Source: a virus
Virus record (IMG/VR): IMGVR_UViG_3300028874_000010
Span: 32,001-96,000 of that record
DNA: 64,000 nt
Reading direction: 5' to 3' (one strand)
Shown: one piece after another, positions 49,898 to 57,148 of the stretch
Position numbering within the stretch: position 1 is the stretch's first letter
Layout of the letters: every line of letters begins with the position of its first letter
Made by a program: the position numbers and the translations under genes
The notes under the pieces: model-generated
The model's database searches: none
The model's input: the letters and a program-made list of their open reading frames with translations, nothing else
Told to the model about the DNA's origin: nothing

Positions 49898-50155
49898 TTA
49901 ATCTTCAATGAAAATCGTAAGGTCATCACTGCTCCAATCGAAATTCAAAAGCTCGACTTTATACTTCTTAGCCAATGTCCTTGCATCGGCTTCAAATGCA
50001 TCCATATCATGTTCAGCAGCTTGGTTAGTGAGATATAGCTTAATTTCATCGTCACTGGTTTCAGCTGTATCGGCTGGGATATGATGCTTCTTTGCTAACT
50101 CTTCAAGAGCCACAACAAAACTCTTTTTACCTTCAAAAATCTCTGCTATTTTCAT
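49898..50155 (-). CDS. Small acidic late protein
   Basis: GATAAATA at 50183-50190; MKIAEIFE N-terminus. Confidence 0.6.
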   Translation of the reverse strand: MKIAEIFEGKKSFVVALEELAKKHHIPADTAETSDDEIKLYLTNQAAEHDMDAFEADARTLAKKYKVELLNFDWSSDDLTIFIED

Positions 50156-50215
50156 TACTATCCTTGAAATAAATGGTTACTTTATTTATCTCCATTCTAT
50201 CATAAAAACAAGGTA

Positions 50216-50292
50216 TGGTCCCCATCCTCAGCTTCGAACTGAGAACATTATCCTTTTAAGGGATACGCGTCTTCCAATTGCGCCAGATGGGG
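50216..50292 (-). tRNA. tRNA-Leu(TAA), short variable loop
   Basis: Loop CTTAAAA, A73-CCA. Confidence 0.9.
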
Positions 50293-50293
50293 A

Positions 50294-50385
50294 TGGAGGA
50301 AAAGATGGGATTCGAACCCATGGACCCACTTTCGCGAGCCGTTAGTTTTCAAGACTAATGCAATAACCCGCTCTGCCACTCTTCC
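50294..50385 (-). tRNA. tRNA-Ser(TGA)
   Basis: Loop CTTGAAA, long variable arm, CCA. Confidence 0.92.
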
Positions 50386-50510
50386 ATTTGTTATAATAAA
50401 TACCGTCTATGACGGCACCTCACTTCTATTCACTGCAGCTATCACTTATGAAGGCCTTGGTGAAATGTATAAAGAGTTTTTGAAGTAATATCAATACTTC
50501 ATAAAACATT

Positions 50511-50596
50511 TGGTGCACGTTATAGGATTCGAACCTATTCAGGCACAAGGCCCACGCGTTTACAGCGCGCTTATCTCTCCAGAGGATTGAACGTAC
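50511..50596 (-). tRNA. tRNA-Tyr(GTA)
   Basis: Loop CTGTAAA, long variable arm, A73-CCA; atypical D arm. Confidence 0.8.
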
Positions 50597-50606
50597 ATTA
50601 TAAAAC

Positions 50607-50632
50607 TGGTGGACCACCTAGGTAACGATCCT
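50607..50632 (-). pseudogene. 3' remnant of a tRNA (T loop, acceptor 3' strand, CCA)
   Basis: ggatcgttacct-aggtggtccacca with no matching 5' half. Confidence 0.55.
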
Positions 50633-50644
50633 TCCATTTATTAC

Positions 50645-50734
50645 TGGTGAATGTCGATAGGAATTGAACCTTCTTTGGCCTATTAAGGCATCAGCTTATC
50701 GGCTGACCGCGCTACCATTACGCACTACACATTC
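50645..50734 (-). tRNA. Aberrant tRNA-like gene: 6-nt anticodon loop CGATAA (Ile GAT-like), long variable arm
   Basis: Acceptor gaatgt/acattc plus ACCA, D arm gcg/cgc, tcagc/gctga stem, GTTCAATT. Confidence 0.55.
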
Positions 50735-50763
50735 ATTACTTCTTATCTACAACTTAGCAATTT

Positions 50764-50838
50764 TGGAGACGCTACGGAGAATTGAACTCGCGATTTATTC
50801 CTTGAAAGGGAATTTTCCTACCTTTAGAAGATAGCGTC
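50764..50838 (-). tRNA. tRNA-Glu(TTC)
   Basis: Loop CTTTCAA, CCA. Confidence 0.85.
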
Positions 50839-50850
50839 ATAATAAAACTT

Positions 50851-50924
50851 TGGCAGGCTTGCGGGGAATCAAACCCCAGTCAGCGGTTTTGGAGACCGTT
50901 ATGTTATCACTACACTACAAACCT
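50851..50924 (-). tRNA. tRNA-Trp(CCA)
   Basis: Loop CTCCAAA, G73-CCA. Confidence 0.88.
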
Positions 50925-50936
50925 ATTAAAACATTT

Positions 50937-51027
50937 TGGTGGGTTGGAAAGGAATTGAACCTATACAGACTTATTGACATCGCGTCGCGTTTACAGCGCG
51001 GGGAGCTCACCAGTGCTCAGCCAACCC
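50937..51027 (-). tRNA. tRNA-Tyr(GTA), second copy
   Basis: Loop CTGTAAA, long variable arm, A73-CCA. Confidence 0.85.
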
Positions 51028-51090
51028 ATTTACTAAGTGCATTCAGATAAAAACTCTGGCATGTATTCCTATTCCATCACATGTGCATTC

Positions 51091-51288
51091 GTAATTAATT
51101 TAAAGTTGAAGTCTACAAAATTTGTATGAGGATTCGAACCCATGTCTCCGACTTTCAAGATCGGCGCCTTACCACTTGGCCAACAAATTCAGAAATTTCA
51201 AATCTTGGCGCGTCAACACCAAGATCACTTATTCAGGTAGACTCAACTGTCGAAACAGTTGACGCTATTTCAACTTTAAATTAACTAC
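51091..51288 (-). ncRNA. ~200-nt structured RNA with an embedded tRNA-like domain (51118-51190, anticodon TGA, short variable loop, no CCA)
   Basis: 20-bp closing stem, UUCG-capped 8-bp hairpin, gtctac/gtagac stem, 9-bp hairpin and full cloverleaf; G.U pairs favour the minus strand. Confidence 0.75.
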
Positions 51289-51291
51289 TCG

Positions 51292-51368
51292 TGGTGGCCA
51301 TCCTCGGACTCGAACCGAGAACATTTACGCTCTAAACGTAACGCGTCTTCCAATTGCGCCAGACGGCC
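51292..51368 (-). tRNA. tRNA-Leu(TAG), short variable loop
   Basis: Loop TTTAGAG, A73-CCA; first gene after the attenuator. Confidence 0.9.
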
Positions 51369-51394
51369 AAAATATTACATTTACCGGATTCAGA

Positions 51395-51428
51395 AAACAA
51401 AAAAGGCGAATCGTTTAGGATTCGCCTT
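51395..51428 (-). terminator. Intrinsic terminator (attenuator) in front of the tRNA array
   Basis: AAGGCGAATC-ctaaac-GATTCGCCTT followed by TTTTGTTTT. Confidence 0.85.
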
Positions 51429-51454
51429 GATGTTAGGATCTGAAGAGTATGTAT

Positions 51455-51553
51455 TTACATACTGTGTCCAGCTCTTACATTCAAGGCGTGTGCCCACTCA
51501 TACGATAAACTCTCGTATGAATAAGACAACAGGCTGAGTGATGAACTGAACAT
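51455..51553 (-). CDS. Leader peptide MFSSSLSLLSYSYESLSYEWAHALNVRAGHSM of a putative tRNA-sensing attenuator
   Basis: AAGGA RBS; codons 3-20 are only Ser/Leu/Tyr/Glu/Trp; contains antiterminator strand CGCCTTGA (51481-51488). Confidence 0.85.
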   Translation of the reverse strand: MFSSSLSLLSYSYESLSYEWAHALNVRAGHSM

Positions 51554-51577
51554 TTTAAATCCTTAATTAGTGTTTTG

Positions 51578-51625
51578 TGCTACAAAAGTATTTATAGCAG
51601 GTTTTGAATCAATATGAAGATTATA
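51578..51625 (-). promoter_or_regulatory. Promoter region of the leader and tRNA operon: late box TATAAATA (51589-51596) and upstream TATAAT (51620-51625)
   Basis: Consensus matches; extended TATAAATACTTTTGTAGCA shared with the NAD operon. Confidence 0.7.
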
Positions 51626-51678
51626 TGCTGTTTTTTGATATTTTAATACTACCAAATTGTAACAACATATTACGAGGC

Positions 51679-52359
51679 TTATTCTAGGTATAACCAGTTT
51701 GCTACTTCGATGCTGAGTTCCATCTCTTTGACTGCAGCCGGAATATTCTTAGCTACATTGATAAGTTTTTGTAGGCTGTCTTGTTTAGTTCCAACAAATT
51801 CTGACGAAGTGAACCAATATTCTTCGGAAGCAAAGTCATCATTGGCAATCAATGCGATTGCTTCTTCACGATTTTTAGCTTTTGGTTTCTTCATAAAGCC
51901 AAAGAACCCTTTTTGTGGTGTCATATAATAAGCGATAAGCCTATCTTGACACGTTTTTTTAGAAACTTCAATTTGTTCTAGGGCCAAAATAGATTTACTA
52001 ATAACAAGTTCTTTTGGAATTAATACAAAGCCTAGTTTAGTGGAGGACATATATTTTTCTACGTTATTTTTAGGTGGGTAATCATCGAAATGATCTATAT
52101 TTAATGTGAAGATGTCGGGGCACGATGGATCATATGCGGTGACCCAAACACCAAATAACTTAATATCTTCTACAACATATTCTAACAACTTTGGGCTTGG
52201 CAAAGGTAAGAGTGAGCCCATCCATTCTTCAAGGTCCTTAATTCGACTAATGAAAAATTCTCTAGTCGCAAGATCATCTTCGCAATCTATAATGATAGGA
52301 TTATTAATCCCATGAGGCGCCCCTCTTGTTTTGCTAGGCCTAACTACAAATTTTGTCAT
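51679..52359 (-). CDS. Hypothetical protein
   Basis: ORF. Confidence 0.6.
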   Translation of the reverse strand: MTKFVVRPSKTRGAPHGINNPIIIDCEDDLATREFFISRIKDLEEWMGSLLPLPSPKLLEYVVEDIKLFGVWVTAYDPSCPDIFTLNIDHFDDYPPKNNVEKYMSSTKLGFVLIPKELVISKSILALEQIEVSKKTCQDRLIAYYMTPQKGFFGFMKKPKAKNREEAIALIANDDFASEEYWFTSSEFVGTKQDSLQKLINVAKNIPAAVKEMELSIEVANWLYLE

Positions 52360-52491
52360 TGTTTTATATTGTGCTGTACGCCGCCAGGACGTTTAGTGGT
52401 GTTTAGTGGTCTTGGATATATCCAGCTAATATCTTGATCACACTCGCGGCGTCCTGGTTATTATAGCGAGGACTATACGATTCTTTCTATG

Positions 52492-52770
52492 TTATTGCCT
52501 GGTTGCTCTTTTCAGGTACACATAAAATGGAGCTAAGAGATGGGTTGACTTTAATTTTTCAATCCACTCTGGAGTCCAGATAAAATCTGGATTTGTGTTT
52601 ATGCATTTTCGCCACCCAAGCCTAACTAATTCGGCTTCCATTTCATATGACATGTGGGTGCCAAAAATTAGTTTAAGCAAATCGCCTTGATCGAGACGTT
52701 CATATATTTCGACTTGGGCGTCAGATAAATCTGTTGCAATGGACTGAAACTCATGAGCTTGGGTATTCAT
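52492..52770 (-). CDS. Hypothetical protein
   Basis: ORF. Confidence 0.55.
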   Translation of the reverse strand: MNTQAHEFQSIATDLSDAQVEIYERLDQGDLLKLIFGTHMSYEMEAELVRLGWRKCINTNPDFIWTPEWIEKLKSTHLLAPFYVYLKRATRQ

Positions 52771-52773
52771 GGT

Positions 52774-53055
52774 TTATTCTCCCGGTACATTTAAAACAGG
52801 GAGGACTGCATAGGCCTCCCAATTAGCCCACCATTGATATCGACACTGGACTTGATTTCTACCATGGCCTGAAACATAATCACCAAATTTAGTTGAATCA
52901 ATTCGCCAATGATCAACATCAATTTTTGACATAGTCCCAATCATCTCACCATCAAGATAGATTTCAAACATTTCGAGAATTGAGCAATTCCGACTAACTG
53001 GAATAGAAACAAACTTGATGTTAGTTGGAAAATCTATGTCAGGTGTCGCCATCAT
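52774..53055 (-). CDS. Hypothetical protein
   Basis: AGGA RBS. Confidence 0.55.
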   Translation of the reverse strand: MMATPDIDFPTNIKFVSIPVSRNCSILEMFEIYLDGEMIGTMSKIDVDHWRIDSTKFGDYVSGHGRNQVQCRYQWWANWEAYAVLPVLNVPGE

Positions 53056-53119
53056 GGTGTCCTGAATGAAGACGTAGTTAATCTGATTATACTACCAACT
53101 CATTAAACCAATACTTGAA

Positions 53120-53635
53120 TTAGCGTCGTTTACTAAACCCACCGTAACTGGCTGTTGGCCGTGGCGCCGAAAAACTTGTAGGACGTGGTGCTACATAACT
53201 TGGCTTTGGAGGGATATACATCGAGGTCGATGGCCGCACTGGTACTGCAATAATAGGAGCCGGATGATTGTGAACATTGATGATTGTCCGATTATCATGG
53301 TAACTTCCAGAACCACCATAATATCCATTATTCATTGGATGTGCGAGCATTCCAATTGCAACACCGGTTGCAAGAGCTGCGCCAGAATTATCAACCACTA
53401 CTGGTTGTTGAACAATAACTGGAGATGATTGATACACTTGTTGAGGTTGTTGATATTGCGGTTGTTGAACTTGTTGAGCGATTTGGCTTTGCGGGACCAT
53501 AACGCAATTAGCGTTTCCATTTTGGTCTTGGCCACATTGCTGAACCATCGGTTGTTGATACGCTTGTTGCTGATGATTATTACACGCGGCCAAAGCAAAA
53601 GTTGCAACAATAGCTAATGCAAATTTGTAATTCAT
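53120..53635 (-). CDS. Gln/Pro-rich lipoprotein
   Basis: Signal peptide with LAAC lipobox; low-complexity tail ending SKRR. Confidence 0.75.
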   Translation of the reverse strand: MNYKFALAIVATFALAACNNHQQQAYQQPMVQQCGQDQNGNANCVMVPQSQIAQQVQQPQYQQPQQVYQSSPVIVQQPVVVDNSGAALATGVAIGMLAHPMNNGYYGGSGSYHDNRTIINVHNHPAPIIAVPVRPSTSMYIPPKPSYVAPRPTSFSAPRPTASYGGFSKRR

Positions 53636-53709
53636 TATGTTTCCTTTTATTTGTGTAGAAGCATTTTATAATAAATCCTATCGAGATATCCTGGATATTA
53701 CCAAATCGA

Positions 53710-54117
53710 TTATTGGAATAGCTTAGATCCTTCTGGAGTATTATGTTCATCACATAATACACGAATCCAGCCAGTCGGTGCGCTAGATATACCCGGAACT
53801 CCACAAACCTCGCAGGCCACACCAGATTTGATTTCTGCTATACTAACAAATTCACTTATTTGATCTGAACAATTTTGGTCTGATCCTTCATATTGATAAT
53901 ATACACGAAGACACCCAAATTTTTCTTTGATCTGATGCCATGTAAAATTGCTATCATTGGTCTTACTTTTATTTAAAGCCCCTTGGATAGACTCACATAA
54001 TTCTTCAAATAATCCAAGCCAACCAGGCCCAATACCTAAATAGGCTCTAGAAGTAAATTGGTTAGGATATTTTTGTTTTATTTCAAGTTCTTTATTTCTA
54101 AATTCTTCATTAATCAT
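53710..54117 (-). CDS. Conserved-type phage hypothetical protein with Zn-ribbon-like C-terminus
   Basis: GW..L, QIKEKFG.LR.Y and CEVCG.PG...GWIR.LC..H motifs. Confidence 0.7.
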   Translation of the reverse strand: MINEEFRNKELEIKQKYPNQFTSRAYLGIGPGWLGLFEELCESIQGALNKSKTNDSNFTWHQIKEKFGCLRVYYQYEGSDQNCSDQISEFVSIAEIKSGVACEVCGVPGISSAPTGWIRVLCDEHNTPEGSKLFQ

Positions 54118-54118
54118 T

Positions 54119-54487
54119 TTATTTTTTACTTCTAAAATATGATGTCAAGTACCCATTAATATTTAAGGCGCCAGCGGGATTACTTGAATGAACACTCCAA
54201 GTAAAATTATTTGGCAGTTCATGAAGGCCATCCAATTCACCATCAACTAGCCACTTAGCGAAATCATATCCGGATTTCGCTTCTTGACCGAGATCTGTGA
54301 TCAAACCTTCGGGACCCGGTTGAAGCATATCCCACCCCAAATCATGATCGAATGCAACATGCAATGGCGGGCCGTAATTTTTACAGAACATAACGGCTTC
54401 ATCAAAACTTCTAGCGACTAGATATTTCCGGCCATCATTAACATATTCCGGATTTCGTATGTCGTCAATAAATAAATTCCAGTTCAA
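54119..54487 (-). CDS. Cyclic-phosphate-processing receiver-like domain protein
   Basis: LFIDD.R, FDHDLG, SGYD.AKWL and VHS.NP.G motifs; probable TTG start at 54487. Confidence 0.75.
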   Translation of the reverse strand: MNWNLFIDDIRNPEYVNDGRKYLVARSFDEAVMFCKNYGPPLHVAFDHDLGWDMLQPGPEGLITDLGQEAKSGYDFAKWLVDGELDGLHELPNNFTWSVHSSNPAGALNINGYLTSYFRSKK

Positions 54488-54488
54488 A

Positions 54489-54743
54489 TTAGCCGCCCAA
54501 TACCAAAAATGTTTTGTTGTAATGCAGTTGACCTGGCTTAATGAATCTGGAGCCACGAAGATCAGTAAATTCGACATTGCTATCATCGCCATCAAGAATC
54601 AAATCTACAGTAGAAACAGAAGTATGCCAGTCACCGCGGTGTTCTTTGAGAACTTCCAAGATCACATCTTCCGGAAGTGTTTGAAGATATGCGATCAATT
54701 CATCACGAGTTGCTCTTTTATTTTTCATGATTTTCCGACCCAT
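54489..54743 (-). CDS. Hypothetical protein
   Basis: ORF. Confidence 0.55.
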   Translation of the reverse strand: MGRKIMKNKRATRDELIAYLQTLPEDVILEVLKEHRGDWHTSVSTVDLILDGDDSNVEFTDLRGSRFIKPGQLHYNKTFLVLGG

Positions 54744-55012
54744 GTCCCAGGAAGATGTAGATAAGCCATGACGCGCTCAAAAAGAGATTCTTTAAGATCG
54801 CTGCATTCATTTTGTGTATGGAATAAAACTTCATCCATGTCCGTAGTTCTGATTGTGATCGAGAACCACTCTCCAGTCCTATTGTCATAATTTGGATGAA
54901 CATACTTAACGGCTTTAAGCTGGGACCTTGGAAAAACTTTAAGCGGGTTGTGGTACTTCTGGATATGCTCCATTAGCTTGTTAAGCTCTTCCTGTGACAT
55001 TGGTCGACTCAT
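54725..55012 (-). CDS. Hypothetical protein
   Basis: AAGGA RBS. Confidence 0.6.
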   Translation of the reverse strand: MSRPMSQEELNKLMEHIQKYHNPLKVFPRSQLKAVKYVHPNYDNRTGEWFSITIRTTDMDEVLFHTQNECSDLKESLFERVMAYLHLPGTWVGKS

Positions 55013-55024
55013 TTTATTTTCCTT

Positions 55025-55198
55025 TTACCGACGACGAAACCCGCCACTAATAATCACAGATGGGGCTACGTAATACGGCGTTGCATAATATGGAGCTGCA
55101 TAATATGGTGTTGCATAGACATTACCATATGGAACAGGTGCGACAACGCAACCACTCATGGTTGCTAGTAAAGCTAATGTGATTAAAATACGTTTCAA
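55025..55198 (-). CDS. Small Tyr/Pro-repeat lipoprotein (57 aa, below the ORF-track cutoff)
   Basis: TTG start after AAGGA; MKRILITLALLATMSGCVVAPVPYGNVYATPYYAAPYYATPYYVAPSVIISGGFRRR. Confidence 0.75.
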   Translation of the reverse strand: MKRILITLALLATMSGCVVAPVPYGNVYATPYYAAPYYATPYYVAPSVIISGGFRRR

Positions 55199-55220
55199 AA
55201 TTTAATTCCTTTGTAAGTTA

Positions 55221-55250
55221 ATGGATCAGGCTATAATTAGCCTGATCCAT
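55221..55250. terminator. Hairpin between lipoprotein genes
   Basis: atggatcaggcta-taat-tagcctgatccat. Confidence 0.65.
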
Positions 55251-55256
55251 TTGTCA

Positions 55257-55919
55257 TCACCAGACTCCACCTTGGCGAATTATGGTCGGTTGATAATATG
55301 ATACACGGCGAGGTGCATATGTTCTGGTATAATCTTGGGTGTATCCGCGAGGTGCACCATATGATCCCGGTTGAACATAACCTTGCGGCAATGGAGGCTG
55401 AACCGGAGTCGGAACATAAACTGGTGGCGGTGGCGCATATTGTGGTGGCTGCACATACACTTGTGGCTGAACAATATGCGGTTGCACATACACATTTGTA
55501 CTGGGTGGCGGATCATCAGAAGAGTCTTCTGATGAATCCGAATCATGTTTGGCGGCCAATTCAGCATCGATTCTGGCATTCAACTTGTTCATCGCCGCAT
55601 CCATTTTGTCAAACAACTCTTGTGCACTCGGGCCAGGAGGCGGTTCATATCGTTGTGGCTGATATCCACCAATGACATTGTTAATGATCACTGGTGTCGG
55701 TGGCGCAGGCATATTGTTATTGATGACGACTACGGGTTGTTGTGCAGGCTGTTGAACTTGCACATATTGTGGCTGTTGAATCGGTTGAGCCGAAACGTAT
55801 TGCTGTTGTGCCTGTGTGGTCTCTTGATCCGGATGTATTCTGGTGTAAGCTTGTTGTGGTTGAACTGCACACCCTGACAAAATTGCGATGAATCCAAACA
55901 CGGCAAATATCTTTTTCAT
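55257..55919 (-). CDS. Pro/Gln-rich lipoprotein
   Basis: LSGC lipobox and GAGGAG RBS. Confidence 0.75.
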   Translation of the reverse strand: MKKIFAVFGFIAILSGCAVQPQQAYTRIHPDQETTQAQQQYVSAQPIQQPQYVQVQQPAQQPVVVINNNMPAPPTPVIINNVIGGYQPQRYEPPPGPSAQELFDKMDAAMNKLNARIDAELAAKHDSDSSEDSSDDPPPSTNVYVQPHIVQPQVYVQPPQYAPPPPVYVPTPVQPPLPQGYVQPGSYGAPRGYTQDYTRTYAPRRVSYYQPTIIRQGGVW

Positions 55920-56016
55920 GTTTTTCTCCTCGATCGGTATGTGATCACTTTTAGTTATAATGCATAAAAGTGGACAGTTTTACTATAACACAGAAAGCTC
56001 CAACAGTAAATAACTA

Positions 56017-56364
56017 TTATACGGATTTATTGTTAAGGCGGTGCATCAACTCAAAACCGACAAAGGTATGCCGAGTGTCAGCATGAAAATATTGCTGCAA
56101 TTGGTCATCCCACGGAACTCGATAAAAATCAAAATATCCCGGATATGCTTTTTCAATCTCTTCTTCAAATTGAACTTGAAGCTCAGTGCGGTCTTTTAAA
56201 GCTATAACACGACTAATAAATGCATCCTCTTGGCCATGAATGACTTTATTAATCAATGGATCTTTTTCATCTTGGCCCAATTCGGTCCATTGATTATAAC
56301 TATCGGCCTCGGCATTCCAGGCTGCACTTGCAATAACTTCTGCTTCTTCTCTAGAAATAGACAT
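56017..56364 (-). CDS. Hypothetical protein
   Basis: GGAG RBS. Confidence 0.6.
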   Translation of the reverse strand: MSISREEAEVIASAAWNAEADSYNQWTELGQDEKDPLINKVIHGQEDAFISRVIALKDRTELQVQFEEEIEKAYPGYFDFYRVPWDDQLQQYFHADTRHTFVGFELMHRLNNKSV

Positions 56365-56421
56365 GATATCTCTCCACAGTTATAGTACAGTTAAAAGCGC
56401 CATTTCCAGTGTTTCATTTCC

Positions 56422-56763
56422 TCAATCGTTGATGATAAGCACATGAGTACCTTTGCATTCCGGAACCCGGCGGATCGAATCACGAGTCGGGACGAGGCGC
56501 CAACCTAGAATTTCATTTTCGCCATCACGATCTTCATTTTCGCCATCACGATCTTCACTATCGACGACGTAGTACACTGCTTTGCCAGTCGCCTTCGAAA
56601 TCATCTTGAAGCCTTCATCACAAGCATCGTCATACACTTGGGAGAAGACTTGGCGTTTGCCACCTTTATCTAACATCGACATTTCCTGAGAAAACATTTT
56701 GTTTTCAGCCGAGTAATCAAAGTCTTTACTGGAGAAGGTTGTGTTTGCGATATCCATTTTCAT
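56422..56763 (-). CDS. Hypothetical early protein
   Basis: TGTACA-16-TATAAT promoter at 56793-56820. Confidence 0.65.
   Translation of the reverse strand: MKMDIANTTFSSKDFDYSAENKMFSQEMSMLDKGGKRQVFSQVYDDACDEGFKMISKATGKAVYYVVDSEDRDGENEDRDGENEILGWRLVPTRDSIRRVPECKGTHVLIIND
56512..56557. repeat. In-frame 21-bp tandem duplication (EDRDGEN x2)
   Basis: ttcattttcgccatcacgatc repeated exactly. Confidence 0.9.
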
Positions 56764-56836
56764 TACTCTGCATGTTTGTTGACGTTAGAGTAATTATATC
56801 AAGTTCCTAGGAAATGTACATCTTTCTTAAAGAAAT

Positions 56837-57118
56837 TTATCCATTTCGTCTAGCAATATACCCAACTGGTTCATCATCACCGGATTGCAATTTATTCACT
56901 TCAGCTATAGCTAGTTCTTTATCTTGAAAACAAAATCTCTTTTCCCAGCCGTGTCTATTTAAGTCTATGTACACGGCCGTGGTGTACAAGAGCTTTGAAG
57001 TTCCTACGATTGTTCCATCATCAAGCATCCGGAGATTCTCATACCCATCATCACTGAGGACTTCAATCAAACTGCCGGAATGTTCGTCTATTTTATAAGT
57101 CATATCTTTAATATTCAT
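56837..57118 (-). CDS. Hypothetical phage protein
   Basis: ORF. Confidence 0.6.
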   Translation of the reverse strand: MNIKDMTYKIDEHSGSLIEVLSDDGYENLRMLDDGTIVGTSKLLYTTAVYIDLNRHGWEKRFCFQDKELAIAEVNKLQSGDDEPVGYIARRNG

Positions 57119-57148
57119 CGATCTACGGTAGAATGAAAATAAATTATA

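Noticed and set aside
50426-50617. 63-aa minus-strand ORF in the tRNA array
   Set aside because: It overlaps tRNA-Tyr and a tRNA remnant; no coding signal.
51091-51288. tmRNA or Y RNA (YrlA) identity for the tRNA-containing RNA
   Set aside because: It retains a full anticodon arm, has no tag ORF or CCA end, and no Ro60/TROVE gene is visible in the window.
52455-52480. HDV-like/theta ribozyme suggested by TCCTCGC on the minus strand
   Set aside because: No matching P1 5' strand or consistent P3/P2 pairing could be built.
56512-56557. Possible CRISPR array
   Set aside because: Two adjacent 21-bp copies without spacers inside a CDS; no repeat-spacer array or cas gene was seen in the window.
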